Shown here one piece after another: positions 25,301-39,088 of a stretch of 64,000 nucleotides of DNA. The notes under the pieces are model-generated. The model was not told the DNA's origin. It ran no database searches and worked only from the letters and a program-made list of their open reading frames with translations. This DNA is from Eledone cirrhosa. Taxonomy: Eukaryota. The stretch covers positions 275,156,001 through 275,220,000 of the forward strand of contig OZ024742.1 of the NCBI GenBank assembly GCA_964016885.1, given 5' to 3'. The first letter of the stretch is position 1; each line of letters opens with the position of its first letter. The position numbers and the translations under genes were made by a program.

Positions 25301-25810
25301 CCTTTAGCCGGGAAGGGCAGACAGTTTTTATCTGTCTGATGGCCATAGCGAAACAGATAGTATGGTGGACACGTTTGAAAGGGCTGAAGACGACCACTTA
25401 CCTCTTCGGTGATGCCCTGATTAACTTTTTCAAATTTCATTTGAAAAGGAAAATCAGGGTAGACAGGGAAGTGCTCTCTTCCCAGCATTTTGTTGAAAGA
25501 TGGGTGAGAGAAGCAAGTATGGCCCGAGTGAATGGGCCTACTCTCAGTATGTGTCTGTAAATTAAAGGTGGAAAACTGGGAGAAGGCACTTGCCCTGGTG
25601 GTCAGGGTCACTGTGGCCTTTTAATGGGCTTTCTCCACAAATGTCCCTCGGAAGTCTCCCCCTATTGGGGAATTTTTCATTGTTGTTTTTTTATTAAATC
25701 CTCTGTTTTTTTTTACACGCAGAAATGCCCATTTGTACCGTCCTGTATTGTCCTGTATTTACTGTCCTTAATGTCTACTTTATGTAAACCCTTGTGGTTA
25801 ATAAAGAAAG

Positions 25811-25811
<1 letters not shown>
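22389..25811 (+). mobile_element. Chimeric Tx1: subfamily D 5' UTR/ORF1 fused at ~23497 to subfamily A RT and 3' end (APE missing)
   Basis: 5' end GGTCTATTCGG...TTTTGCTCGCTCC matches the minus-strand end at 49495; RT ORF 23730-24911 with QSKAFD, RQGCPLS, YADD; (ATT)n tail 25812-25871. Confidence 0.9.
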
Positions 25812-25871
<60 letters not shown>

Positions 25872-26078
25872 GGCGACCTACGTAGTAAATCGTATCATCG
25901 TGAGCTCCGCAAAGGTTTGTTATTTTCGTTTGTTAAAAATTGCCATTTATGGAAAATTTTATTGTTAACTGTTTATAAGCACACATACATTGTTTTCCGA
26001 AAAGGACACGCAAAGAGATTGGGGCCTTGTGCCCAAAATTTAAACTTTTATTATTATCAAAAAATTGCTTTGAAAAAA

Positions 26079-28084
26079 ATGGCTAATTCACCTCTGCAAC
26101 AAGCAGCTGAAAGCCTTCCTCACAAATTAACACCTCACACCGACACCACCATTGTAAATGTTACTACGTTTGCCAACACAAAAAAAAATATAAGCAGTAG
26201 CAATATTTTAAATTTGTCTCAGGCAGACATTCATTTCCCGCCATTACCAATGACTGCAGGTGTTAAAGCCTCCACCACCACCACCACCGCGACAACCACC
26301 ACCACCACCACCACCGCGACAACAGAAACAAAAGAAGAAAAAAATAAATTAACTCGTGATGTCGAAATGAAATCAATCAAAATGGACTCTTCCCCACCAA
26401 AGACGACTGACGTCACCACCACCACAACTGAAACTAAAATTAATATTAACACAAATAACGATAGCAACAACAACAACAATGACATTATAAAAACGCCCCT
26501 CAGTTTCGCAATAGTAGCAAAACAGTTCGAAGCATATACGGTAACTCAGGAAGATTTAGAAAATGCCAAACAAATGGTAAAGAAAGATGGGTACAGGGTC
26601 AGCCTCACAGCCCCCCCCCCCCCCCCACCTAATAAAATGGAGCATCGGCGCCTATGCACCGTGTCGTATAGAACAATAAATGTAAAATCGCGCCGAGTGG
26701 AACGGGCATCCGAGTCCCAAATCCAAAAAGCTTTGGGACATGTATGGGCAAGAAAAACCCACATCAGACGTGGGCAAAAGTATGGAACCGTGGACGTGTT
26801 CTTTGAAACACCAGAGGAGGCTAGAGAACACTCCATGGCCCCATTAAAAAGTGACGACTTCACACTCGTCCCAAGCTATTGTGGCCAGGGACTCGTAAAG
26901 ATCAGGGTGACCCACGTTCCACCGGCCATCGAAATTCCCTGGCTAATAGCGGCCGTCCTCGCCGGCATCGAAGCCAACACGAAAATAATAGCAATAGCAA
27001 AAGAAAAGCAGGAAAACTGGTCCGGATCTGGGATGGAGCTCCTTATCCAAGCGGACCAAAAAAGCATTGAGGAGATCCCAGAGGTAATAGACCTCACTCA
27101 CGGCAGCCACCTCACGGTAATTGTCGAGGGCAGAAGACCTAGGTGTGTCGTTTGTGGTGAAGGAACCCACCTAAGGGCTTTCTGCCCTCAGGCTAAAAGG
27201 TTGAGACCACCTCTCCTACCCACCCCAGTGACACAACCATCAACACCACCAGTAGCAGAGATGGCAGCAACAACTGTAGCAGCAACAACAGAAGCAACTA
27301 TAACAGCAACAACCCCAGCAACAGTAGCAAAACCAACACCACCACCACCACCAGCAAAACCAACACCACCACCACCTAACGCTTCAGAACTGGCACCAGC
27401 GCCTACACCATCCACCACGCCACAACCAAAACTAACGCCTGTGGAGGATTTTCCACTCCCCGGCCTATCACAACTGGAGACAGATTGTGACGACGAGGAG
27501 TGGGAAACGATATCCGGAAAAAAAAAAGAAACCAAAAAAGAAAAAATTCTCTTCCTTCCCCCTCCAAAAACAAAATACAGAGGGAAACAAATAAACTAAG
27601 AAACAAAAAAGTTAGGACAGATATGCCACCATCCACACCAGCATCACCAACCCCATCAACCCAAACACCAACACCATCACCATCATTAACTCCAACACCA
27701 CCATCACCTACACCACAAAAGTCACCAAAATGCGAAACTGAAAAAAACCCACAACAAACGCAAACAAAACAAAACAACCAAAACGATACACACTACACAG
27801 CATTAAATTTGAACAACAAGCAATTATTACACTACATCCAACACAACACCAGCATCACAGAAAAAGACTACACAACAACCCCAAAATTCACACCACCTCC
27901 ACACATACAAATCACTCGCATCACACAGAAAACGTACATGACACTAAAACAAAAATTCCCCAAAGACATCGGAGACTTCCGACAAGCACTCTCCAGGAGG
28001 ATTTATAAGGACATCCTTCCTGAGGAGGCCACAAGCAGTGAAAAGGATGGAAAAACCGTCCTTCCCCTACGAGAAGTAAGGTAA
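26079..28084 (+). CDS. Tx1 ORF1 nucleic-acid-binding protein (frameshift in A-run ~27517-27545)
   Basis: ATG 26079 (MANSPLQ); VEGRRPRCVVCGEGTHLRAFC; continues in ORF 27500-28084. Confidence 0.85.
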
Positions 28085-28118
28085 GTGGTCTTTCCCATCT
28101 TTTCCACTCCTTTTCAAC

Positions 28119-31100
28119 ATGACCTCACTCAGAATAGGCAGCATAAATGCGCGTGGCTTGGGGTCGTCATGGAAGCAGGGCCACCTGCTCAACGACCTCA
28201 GGTCACTAAACATAGATGTAGTGGCCATCAGCGAGACCAGAATCTCCGAAGCACAGGCTTTCGCACCGATCTTCGGCGGCTACGATGTGTACGCATCTCC
28301 CAGCCGTCCGGGATCGGGGGGAGGAGTTGCTGTGCTTTTTCGGAGAGGTTTGGATCTCGCCATACGGGCCATCTTCCTGGACCCAGAAGGTAAGTTGGTG
28401 GTGCTGGACGTGACCAGCGGAGACGGGAAAGCTTTCAGGTTAGTGGCCGTCTATGCCCCGACAGGAGCAGGGCGGCCTGATTTCTTCCGGCGTCTGGAGA
28501 CCTTTCTTGGAACGTCCCGCTCTTTAGTGTTAGTGGGCGACTGGAACGGGATCTTAGATGCACGCTGGGATTGTGTGGGATTAGTGGATAGGGAAGGAGG
28601 GTGCAAGAGTCGCACCAACCTGCTCAGACGTTTTGAACTGTCTGACAGGTACCGAATGGATTTCCCGAATGTACCAATGTGGACTTGGACAAATCGCATT
28701 GGGTCATCCAGATCATATCTAGATAGAGTATTTTGTAGGGAAATAGATAGGTCTAGCATAGGCTGTCCACAATTCAAGATAGTCAGCTACACGGACCACA
28801 AATTCGTGATCTGTGTGCTTGACTTAGATAGGCTTCATAGGCGAGGACCCGGCTACTGGAAGCTAAACGCGTCCTTACCAGCGCGCAAGGCCTACAGAGA
28901 CCGGATTAGCGAACTAGTTAAGCGGGCGTTGACGGGGGCCATCGTCAACAACAAGTGGTGGTTTGCTCTGAAAAGAGCAATTAGAATAGAGTCCATTAGG
29001 TTTAGTAAGACTTTAGCAATAGAGAAAAATAGAGCAGAGGGAGAATTAGTTAGAAAATTAGATGAGGCGCTTAGCAAAGGCATCGCGACCGACGTACTTG
29101 CGGCGAAATTGGCCCTTGACCAATTCTTCAATGCAAGGCACGAAGGCTGCGTTGTCAGAGCTAGGGTGCGTGCTCTCAGACACGAGGGGACGAAAGCCGT
29201 TCAATGGGCCCGAGTGGCGGAGGCGCGTCGTGGCAACAAAGCCACGATCCGGTCTTTGGTGGACCACGACGGGCGCATGCTACTCGATCCCGGGCAAATG
29301 TGTGAAGCTTTTCAGCGACACTTCGCTCAACTGTTCGGGGGCAGTGGCGGGCCGGATCGAGGGATGGACTTTAGTGTCTAGCTCGACGGACTGCCGCGGC
29401 TTTCGGCCACTGAGGCGGAGTGTTGCGAAAAGCCGATAACAACCGCTGAAGTACGGGATGCAATGACTAGTTGCACAAGGGGTAAATCGCCTGGTTTGGA
29501 TGGTCTGCCCTATGAACTTTACGTACAAATGCCAAACTTGTTCGGAGGCCTCTTGGCGGACGTCTACTGCAACTGGCAACAGAACGGGAGAATTCCCAGC
29601 TCTGTGAGCCGAGGAGCGGTGGCGCTGCTGAGAAAGGATCCGAACAAGGGGGATAACATAGATAATTTTAGGCCCATAACTCTGCTAAACACAGAGTTCA
29701 AGATTTTGGCCAAGGTGCTAGCAAAGAGGTTGGCGCTTGTCGTTGGTGGTCTGATGGGAGAGGCACAGACATGCGCCATTCCCGACAGATCCATCCACGA
29801 CAACCTCCACCTCATGCGATACATCATGGAGAGGGTAGCTAGGGAACCTGGCACGGGTGGGTCTTTGATCAATTTAGATCAGTCGAAAGCCTTCGATAGG
29901 GTCGACCATCGTTACCTAGCGGCAGTCCTGAGGGCGGCTGGCTTTGGGCCCGTCTTCAGAGGCTGGATCGCTGCCATGCACAGCGACATCTGCTCTGTAG
30001 TGAGAGTGAACGGTCACCTTTCGGAACCGTTCAACATCATGCGCTCGGTCCGCCAAGGATGTCCCCTCTCGTCCCTATTGTACGTATTGACTCTCGAGCC
30101 ATTACTACACAAACTGGAGACGTTGAGGGGGTCCCGCGCGAACTAGGATGCGGAAGATCCGTGTCAGCATATGCCGACGATGTCACCGTAGTGGTGTCGA
30201 ACGCCAAACACATCGAGGCGATCGGCACTACACTAAGAGAATACGAAGCGGTGACAGGAGCAATGATCAACCAGGAAAAGTCAGTGGGCCTGCAGCTCGG
30301 CACCTGGAGAGGCAGGTCCATGCCGTCCAACAGCGTCGTCGGACGCTGGACGGACGGACCGGTTAAATTGCTAGGGGTCTGGTTCGGTCCAGACCTCCAG
30401 ACGGACAAAAACTGGGACGAGGTGACGAGCAGGGTGGCTTCTCTCACCCAGAAATGGGCCGAGAGGAAGCTATCCCTGAAAGGTCGAGCGGAGGTGGCGA
30501 ATGCGTACATCGCATCCGTCATCTACTACCGCCTGACCGTCGTACCTTATCCTAAGCCCCGCCTGACTGCGCTGGAGCGTTTGCTCTTTCGCTTCTTGTG
30601 GAAGGGACGCGCTCCGATGGTCAGGCGGTCCATCTGCTGTCAACACCCGCTACGTGGAGGGCTGGGCATGCCGTGGCTGATGATGCGCAGACACGCGCTC
30701 AGGCTACGACATCTCCACCTCTTCCTCGACGGTGATCAGGTGTGGTCGCCGTTTGCAAGACACGTTTTTCCCCAGCTCGTCTCCTTGACGGAGCTGCAGT
30801 CCTGGGTCAAGCGAAGACCGAGAGGGAGCGCTTGGAGACTGGAATGTCTTCAGGCGCTCACAGCCCTCGACCAATCGGGCAATGTGATCCGTGAAAACTC
30901 CACCTTGGCGTTCTATAGGGGATTAGTGGAGGGGAAGAGTGACGACGTACTTGGAGAAACTCTAGGCGTCGACGAAAATCAACTAGCCAATCTCTTCGGA
31001 AGGACTTTCGGGCCGGGACCTATGGACAACTTCCAGAAATCCCTGGCCTGGCAGTGCTACCGAGGAGGTTTGCCAGTTCGGGATAAACACTACAGGCATG

Positions 31101-31537
31101 GAGGTGCCGTCAGCCGGGCATGTCCGAGATGCACGCAGGGTGACGAAACCGTCCTGCACGCACTCGTCCAGTGGCCGAGCATTGCTGACTTGTGGGTTTA
31201 TGTCGAACACCTGCTGTCACGTGTAGGACGGATCCAGCTATCAGCTGAGTCCATCGTGAGGATTGCCCCGCCCCCTTCCTTTAGCCTGGAAGGGCAGGCA
31301 GTTTTTATCTGTCTGGTGGCCATGGCGAAAGGGATAGTATGGTGGACACGTTTGAAAGGGCTGAAGACGAGCACTTACCTCTTCGGTGATGCCCTGATTA
31401 ACTTTTTCAAATTTCATTTGAAAAGGAAAATCAGGGTAGAGAGGGAAGTGCTCTCTTCCCAGCATTTTGTTGAAAGATGGGTGAGAGAAGCAAGTATGGC
31501 CCGAATGAATGGGCCTTCTCTGAGTATGTGTCTGTAA
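28119..31537 (+). pseudogene. Tx1 ORF2: APE endonuclease, reverse transcriptase, C-terminal Cys motif; TAG at 29379 and frameshift ~30127
   Basis: GSINARG, SET, VYAP, GDWN, LDR, TDH (APE); KSPGLDG, FRPITLLN, DQSKAFD, RQGCPLS, YADD (RT); CPRC...ETVLHAL. Confidence 0.95.
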
Positions 31538-31779
31538 ATTAAAGGTGGAAAACTGGGAGAGGGCACTTGCCCTGGTGGTTAGGGCCACTGTGGTCTTTTA
31601 ATGGGCTTTGTCCACAAATGTCCCTTGGAAGTCTCCCCCCTATTGTGGAATTTTTCTTTGTTATTTTATTTCAACCTCTGTTTTTTTACACGCAGAAATG
31701 CCCATTTGTAACGTCCTGTATTGTCCTGTACTGTCCTTAATGTCTACTTTATGTGAACCCTTGTGGTTAATAAAGAAAA

Positions 31780-31839
<60 letters not shown>

Positions 31840-31842
<3 letters not shown>

Positions 31843-34800
31843 AGCTGCATTTATCTTGCTTTATGTTCATACGAGTTATCACCAAGTCACAACCAGTGAC
31901 CTCAAGAGACAGCAAGGTCCGCCATGTTCAAGAAAGAACATACATACTCACACATGCATCTTTAGGTTTTAGACTTGTGATGTACTTATATTGACAGAGT
32001 CTTACTTAGTATATGGGCAGTTCCCATTAGTACTATCTTTTGTATTTCTCCTATACGCGGGTTTCCTGGGATTTGCGATAAGTAGTCATTAGACCCCTTA
32101 GGTATCATTCCTAGAGTGCCTAAAACCTCTGGTATTGTTTTAGTTCTCAATTTCCAGATTTTTCCAATTTCTATCTCCAGGTCCTTATACTTGCTCAATT
32201 TTTCAAATGTTTTCGTAGATACATTCTTGTCTATTGGAACGGACATATCAATTAGCAGGCATACCCTCTTTTTAAAGTCCTTCAATATCATATCAGGTCT
32301 ATTTGCATCTATTTTTCGGTCTGTTTGGATGCTAAAGTTCCACAATATTGCGATGTGATCTTTTTCAAGTATGGGAGGTGGTTGATGCTCCCACCAATTC
32401 TTTTGATGGGGCAGGTCAAAATGCTTACACATTATCCAATGTATGTATTGTGCAGCTCTGTCATGCCTGTTTAGGTATTTGGTTGGAGCTATAGGACTGC
32501 ACATTGAAATTATATGGCCAATGGTCTCTGGTTGTTTTTTACATACACGGCATAATGGGATGCATCCATTTTTTCTTATGTTGGCTTGGTAATTTTTTGT
32601 TGGCAGACATTGATCTTGTGCTGATATAATCAGTCCTTCAATCTCCGATTTCAGTCCAGAGGATGCCAACCACTGATCGGTTAAAGTTTTGTCAGCATCA
32701 GGATTGTTAGCTCGTTGTGGGTATTTTCCATACAGAGGCTTTTCTTGCCATTTCTTAGCCAGTTTCTGTAGCAGTTCTTTCTTATACCTGCTTTGCTTTT
32801 TCTGTGTTTTCCATTTCAGCAGTAAATGGGACTTCTGAAATTTGTAGTCCATTACTGTATCTTTGTGCATCTTTTGTAATGGAGTATGTTCTTTTGATGC
32901 TTTCGTGTTTCAAAACGAGTTTGATCATCCAATCATGTGATTCCCTTAGATATGTAGATAATCCAATTGTTGCAGTTTTCAACGCAATGTCTAACTGGAT
33001 TAACCCACGTCCTCCTTCTTTCCTAGGGAGATATATTCTATCTATATCTGCCTTAGGGTGATGCATTCTGTGCATGGTTAAGAATTTTCGAATTTTTGTA
33101 TCGAGCCTACGGATCTCTGTGCTTCACCAGTTGATGACATTGTAACTGTAGGTTACTACTGGTATGGCAAGCGTGTTTATGGCATCGATCCTATTCCTTG
33201 CATTCAATTCCGTTCTTAAGATTGCTCTTACTCTGCGGTAACATTCCTTCCTTATCCTTTCCCTCATTGTCGAGTGCTTGATTCCGTCTCCTTCACAAAC
33301 ACCTAGATATTTGTAAGTTTTTTCTTGATCAAGTTCTCTTATCACGTTCCCCCGATCAAGATTAATGTCTGAACTCTTCAGCAGCTTTCCTCTGGTGAAC
33401 GTTGCTTTGGCGCATTTATCTAGTCCAAACTCCATTTTAATGTCATCATTGAACTGCTCCACAGTGGATAATAGCCCTTGCAATTGTTAATCATTTTTTG
33501 AAAATAGATTCAGGTCATCCATGTAGGACAAGTGATTAATGGTTTTGTCATAGACTTTAAATCCATATTTTGTTTCATTGAGCATTTTACTTAATGGTAT
33601 AAGTGCGATGCAGAATAAAAGCGGTGATAAAGAGTCACCCTGAAAAATTCCACAATTAATATTAACTTCTCCAGCTTCCAGTGATTTTGTTTCACTATTC
33701 AAAAGGAGTGTCATTTTCCATGTCTTCATACTGAATGACAGGAACCTCCTGACAACGGGAGATATTTTGAAAATCTCTAAACATTTTTCAATCCAACTGT
33801 GTGGCAAACTATCGAATGCTTTTTTATAATCTATCCAAGCAATTGATAGATTTTTGTGTCTATTATGACAATCTTCCAGTATCATTTTGTTAACCAAAAG
33901 CTGATCCTTACAGTCATATGAGCCTTGTTTACACCCTTTCTGCTCAATGGGAAATAGGTCATTTGTTATCAGGTGGTCATATGTATATTCAGTTAGGACT
34001 GATGTTAAAATGTTATACATTGTGGTCAAGCAGGTTATCGGTCTGTAATTTTTGGGATTGTTTGTCTCATCATTCTTCGGTAGCAGGAATGTAATGCCGT
34101 TAACTAGCCATGATGGTATCTTTTCTGGCTCCTTAACTATTTCATTGTAAAGTTGGGCTAACAGCTCATGAGACTCTGTGAAGGCATTTATCCAAAAGTT
34201 TTGTATTTTGTCTTTTCCTGGGGATTTCCATTTGCTGGTTTTTCTTAGAGCCAATCGCAACTGATCAACTGTTATATTTTCCCATATTTGTTCCTCAAGG
34301 TGAGCTGTATCTTTCATTTGTCTGTCTATCCATGGGGCATGTATATTATGAGTTTTTTCTTCGGCCCAGATCTTTTCCCAGAATTCTTGCATTTCCTCCT
34401 TGGGTGGTATTGATTTAGCAGTTATTGTTGACTTACCAATTTTTCTGTAGACGTTACTTTGGTTGTTTTTGAACATATTATTGTCCTTATAGAATCTAGA
34501 TCGTTTGTCAAAGCGCCTTATACGAGCAGCTTTGGCCGACACTTTTTGCTTGATTATTTCTATCAGCATGTCTATGTCACTTGTTGATTTTATACTGTAC
34601 TTTCTTTTCAATTTTCTAAGTTTAGTTTGTTTAACATGTTCACCTACTTTATAGTTTGTTAAAATTTCTGTCAGATCGGAGAAGGTTTATTTGGCGATTG
34701 ATGTTCTCTTGCCAAGTAGATTTTCATTTGTTGTTTCATCTTGAGCATGCACTCCCTCCACTTTTTCGATCCTTTCTTTAATTTGTTCTGTTGCCAGTGA

Positions 34801-35500
34801 TTCCGCCCCAACCCTGGGATTCGAAGTGTTACAATTTACCTCGTTTTCACTGACACATGTTTCATTTTCCCTTCGCTGACTTTGTGCTAATAGCTTGATC
34901 TGATCAATTTCTATATCAGTTAGTAACTTTTTTTTTACAATATTTCTTCGTATATTGGCTAGTTTGTTACTGTCAATATAGCCTCTGTTTTCGGGATGTT
35001 TCTTTTTCCAGTTGATATATGTCTGTTCTGTATTCGATGTATTTGATGGGTAGTACATGGCAGTGTAGAAAACCTCAAGGAGTTCTTTATTATCTTCCCT
35101 TGGCCATTTTTCTCTCTTTTTCTTTGGATTTCTTGGTGGTGAGCATGGAGGCCAACAGTAGGAGTATTCCGGTTATGGGAGGTCTCCAGCTCCGAAGTGA
35201 TGGGAAGGTTTGAACCATTAGCTGATTTTTCGACCCCAGTCTGGTTCGTCTCTGAGGGGTGCGACCCTTTTTGACCCGGGTGGCCGGCCGATCCGGTATG
35301 AGATTTTATCATTAGACATTTACTTTATTTTGTCGCGTTTTATCCTTATCCGCCAAGGGGTAATCATTTCGTGTTACCACTTCTAGGACGAGTGTCAACG
35401 AAGACTAGAGGGGTCGTCCTCCCCTAGAGACACGGCTATTCCCCGCCGGCCGCCATCCCGGTATTTCTTGGTCACGGGGTTTTCTTTTTTGTTGTTTTTT
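31840..35500 (-). mobile_element. Near full-length R4/Dong-like RLE non-LTR retrotransposon, decayed single ORF 35312-31986
   Basis: KSPGKD, NYRPITCL, DYKKAFDS, GIFQGDSLSP, YMDDL, YKYLG, GGRGL, CRVC...HIISMC, RHD, RPD, KLSKY; 3' end shares the 31781-31839 tract. Confidence 0.94.
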
Positions 35501-36486
35501 AAATTGTTATTATCATGAGTGGTTCCTTAATGTGAGCATTGCGTGGCTTAAGAATGAAATTATTAATAATATAATATACTTTTTGCTGAAGTTGCCTGTT
35601 ATTGTTGTTGGCTATGTTGGTGGTGGTGCTGGGGCTTTTTCTATTGTTGGTGGGGAAGCGGGGAGCCAGCAGTGCCATAGTCGTTGTCGTTTGGCCGGTG
35701 GCAGGGTCACTAAGTCAATCTATTTATATCTTTTGCTAGCCTCTCCCTTGTCTAGTGATACCGCCACCTTACCCTTTATTAAGTTAACAGAAGGTAATGG
35801 GGGAATAGTGGTGGTATCAATGAAGGAGTGGTGGCGGCGATGATGGGATAGTGGTGGCAATAATGGATGGAGTGGTGGCGGCGGTGACTATAGTGATGGC
35901 GTTGACGTTACTGAGTGTTGTTGAATAGACTAGTTTTGTTTGATCTGTGTATCTATGCGTTTGTCGCGTATGTTTAATATATGTGTTGACATATTTTCTT
36001 AATATTGGAATTAAACATTTTGTTAAAACTTGAGACAATAATAATAGTAATTATTATTATTATGCTGAGATTGGTGGTGGTGGTGGTGGTGGTGGTGGTG
36101 AAATTGCCGTTATCTGGCTGTTGTATTTAGTGTACACAGAGGGGTGATGGGGTAGGTGGTGTATCTAGTTTCTGGTGTTGGTGAAATTGCTGTTATTTGG
36201 CTGTTCTATATAGTGTAGACAGAGGGGGTTTTCTTCCATTTATAACCATTTTCTTTTTGGAATATAAAATGTATAATACAAAATTGAATATTTGAGCGAT
36301 ATAACAATATATTATGGATCCGAATTTTTCTAAGACTTAAGTCGGATGCTTTATATAACATTTGTACTAAGAATTGTTATTTCACAATTGATTTAAATAT
36401 GTTAAAAATCAAAAATTTACGGGAGCGATTTCACGACCTTCTATCCACCATGTGCGTCTTATACCCTTATTATTATTATTATTATT

Positions 36487-39044
36487 GGCGGACCGAGACG
36501 GACACGAGATAAGCGATTCCAAGCGGATGTGTGAGGCCTTTCGCCAGCACTTTGTTCGGTTGTTCGGGGAGAGTGGCGGGTCAGAGAGAGTAGCGGATTT
36601 CAGTCCCTACCTTGACGGCTTGCCGCGCATCTCGACGGTCGACACTGAGCGCTGCGAAAGGCCGATTACTTCAGCCGAAATTCAGGACGCCCTTGACGGC
36701 TGCATGAGGCGCAAGTCACCCGGCTTGGATAGCCTGCCCTACGAGCTTTACGTAAATATGCCAGACTTGTTCTCCGAACTCCTCGAAGCACTCTACTGTA
36801 ACTGGCAGCAGAATGGGAGTATTCCCAGTTCTGTGAGCAGGGGAGTGGTGACGCTGATAAGGAAAGACGAGAACAAGAGGGATACATTAGACAACTTCAG
36901 GCCCATAACTCTGCTCAACACAGAGTTTAAGATTTTGACCAAGGTGTTAGCAAAGAGATTGGCGCTTGTCGTCGAGGATTTGGTTGGGGAGGCGCAAACT
37001 TGCGCAATCCCAGCCAGGTCCATACACGACAATCTCCACCTCATGCGATACATCATAGAGAGGGTAGGGTGTAAACCTGGCTTCGGTGGGGCACTGATCA
37101 ATTTAGATCAATCGAAAGCATTCTATAGGGTCGACCATCGGTATCTGGAGTTTGTCCTCAAAGCAGCTGGCTTCGGCCCTGTCTTTAGAAGCTGGATCGT
37201 TGCAATGCACAGTGGCACACGCTCGGTGGTCAAAGTTAATGGCCACCTCTCGGAACCATTTCGGCTCTCCCGATCGGTCCGTCAAGGGTGCCCTCTCTCT
37301 TCCCTTCTGTACGTATTGACTCTCGAGCCTTTACTGCGGAAGCTGGAGCTGTTGCAGGGCATCCCGCTCGAACCGGGACGTGGAAAGGCGGTGTCGGCTT
37401 ATGCGGACGACATCACCGTGATGGTGTCGAACAACTCAGAAATCGAGGTGGTCGGCACCTTATTGAAAGAATATGAAAGGTTGACAGGAGCCAAACTTAA
37501 CCCGGAAAAGTCGGTGAGCTTGCAGCTCGGAACCTGGAGAGGCAAGCCCATGCCGTCCAACAGCGTCGTGGGGCGCTGGACGGACGGACCAGTAAAGTTG
37601 CTCGGGGTTTGGTTCGGACCAGACCTCCAGGTGGAAAAGAATTGGGACGAGGTAACGAGCAGAGTAGCCAGTCTCACCCAAAAATGGGCTGGGAGGAAGC
37701 TATCACTGAAAGGTCGCGCAGAGGTGGCGAATGCGTACATCGCGTCCGTCATCTATTACCGCCTAACCGTCGTGCCTTGCCCCCGTCCGCGCCTCGTCAA
37801 GTTGGAACGGCTCCTCTTCAAATTCTTGTGGAGGGGACAAGTTCCGTTGGTGAGGCGGTCCATCTGCTGCCAGCACCCTCTACACGGAGGGCTGGGCATG
37901 CCGTGGCTAATGATGCGCAGACATGCGTTGAGGCTGCGACATCTCCAGATATTCTGCCTCAATGGTGAACAGGTGTGGTCGCCGTTTATCAGACGGGCCT
38001 TTCCGCAGCTCATTTCTTTGACTGAGCTGCAGTCCTGGGTCAAGAAGAGACCGAGACTGGGTGACTGGCACCTGGAATGTTGCCAGGCACTCACTGCCCT
38101 CTACCAAGCGGGCAATGCGATCAGTGGAACTTCCACTCTCGAGTTTTATAGACTATTAGTGGTGGGCAAGTGCGATGACGCACTCGGAGAAGCTTTGGGC
38201 CTCGACGAAGTCGAACTGACCAGTCTGTACCGGAGGACTTTTGAGCCGGGGACGATGAACAATTTCCAGAAATCCTTCGCTTGGCAGTGCTACCGGGGGG
38301 CACTGCCGGTTCGGGATAAACTCTACAGGCACGGAAGTGCTGTCAGACGGACCTGCCCAAGATGCGCACAGAACGACGAAACCGTTCTGCACGCACTTGT
38401 CCAATGTCCGTGCATTACTGACTTGTGGAGTTATGTCGAACAGCTACTGTCGCGTGTGGAACGAATCCAGTTATCGGCCGAGTCCATAGTGAAGATCGAG
38501 CCGCCACCTTCCTTAGGTCAGGAATAGCAGCGCATTTTCCTCTGTCTGGTGGCAGTTGCGAAAGAGATTATATGGTGGACCAGGTTGAAAGGACTAAAGA
38601 CAGACACTTTTCTCTTCGGCCAATCCCTCATCAACTTCTTCAAGTTTCACCTGGAAAGGAGGATGAGGGTGGAGAGAGAAGTGCTGCCTCCCAGTACATT
38701 TGCTAAAAGGTGGGTGAATGTGGCGAGAATGGCTCGTGTGAATGGGCCTACTCTGACCATGCGCCTATAGGCTAGCTAACTTAAGGAGAGGGGTGCTCTC
38801 CTGGGTGCCCTAGAAGCGCAGGGTGGTTCAGGATTGGTGGGGTACCCGAATCACCCCAGGGTCGTCCACCCCCTATCGGGGAATTTATTTTGTTATATTT
38901 TGCATAGTTTATTTTATATTTTATATTTTCATTGTTAAATTAGTCTTGCCATTGTGCACTTTTACTCGACCTTATTGTAAACCCCCACTGTCCCTGTCTT
39001 TGTATTGTCCCCTACATGTCGGCCCTTGTGGCTAATAAATGAAA

Positions 39045-39046
<2 letters not shown>
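36487..39046 (+). mobile_element. Tx1 subfamily B, 5'-truncated (RT plus 3' end), (ATT)n on both sides
   Basis: RT ORF to 38770 with premature TAG 38525-27; YADDI; distinct 3' UTR; (ATT)n at 36468-36486 and 39047-39088. Confidence 0.94.

Positions 39047-39088
<42 letters not shown>

Larger units (their letters stand above)
25872..31780 (+). mobile_element. Full-length Tx1-clade LINE (subfamily A) with (ATT)n on both sides
   Basis: 5' UTR, ORF1, 34-nt spacer, ORF2, 3' UTR with AATAAA, (ATT)n tail 31781-31839; only about three lesions. Confidence 0.96.

Noticed and set aside
27500-27599. Programmed -1 frameshift in ORF1 at the A-run
   Set aside because: Other copies read through this region or break at different places (~40490, ~41115, 859), so decay or homopolymer error is more likely.
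29379-29381. Stop-codon readthrough between APE and RT
   Set aside because: Paralogs have TAC (Tyr) here (e.g. 42536-38); simple nonsense mutation.
35520-36250. GGT/GTT-rich stretch with a ~50-bp duplication (36097, 36180)
   Set aside because: Low complexity; possibly a decayed ORF1 remnant but no assignable motif.
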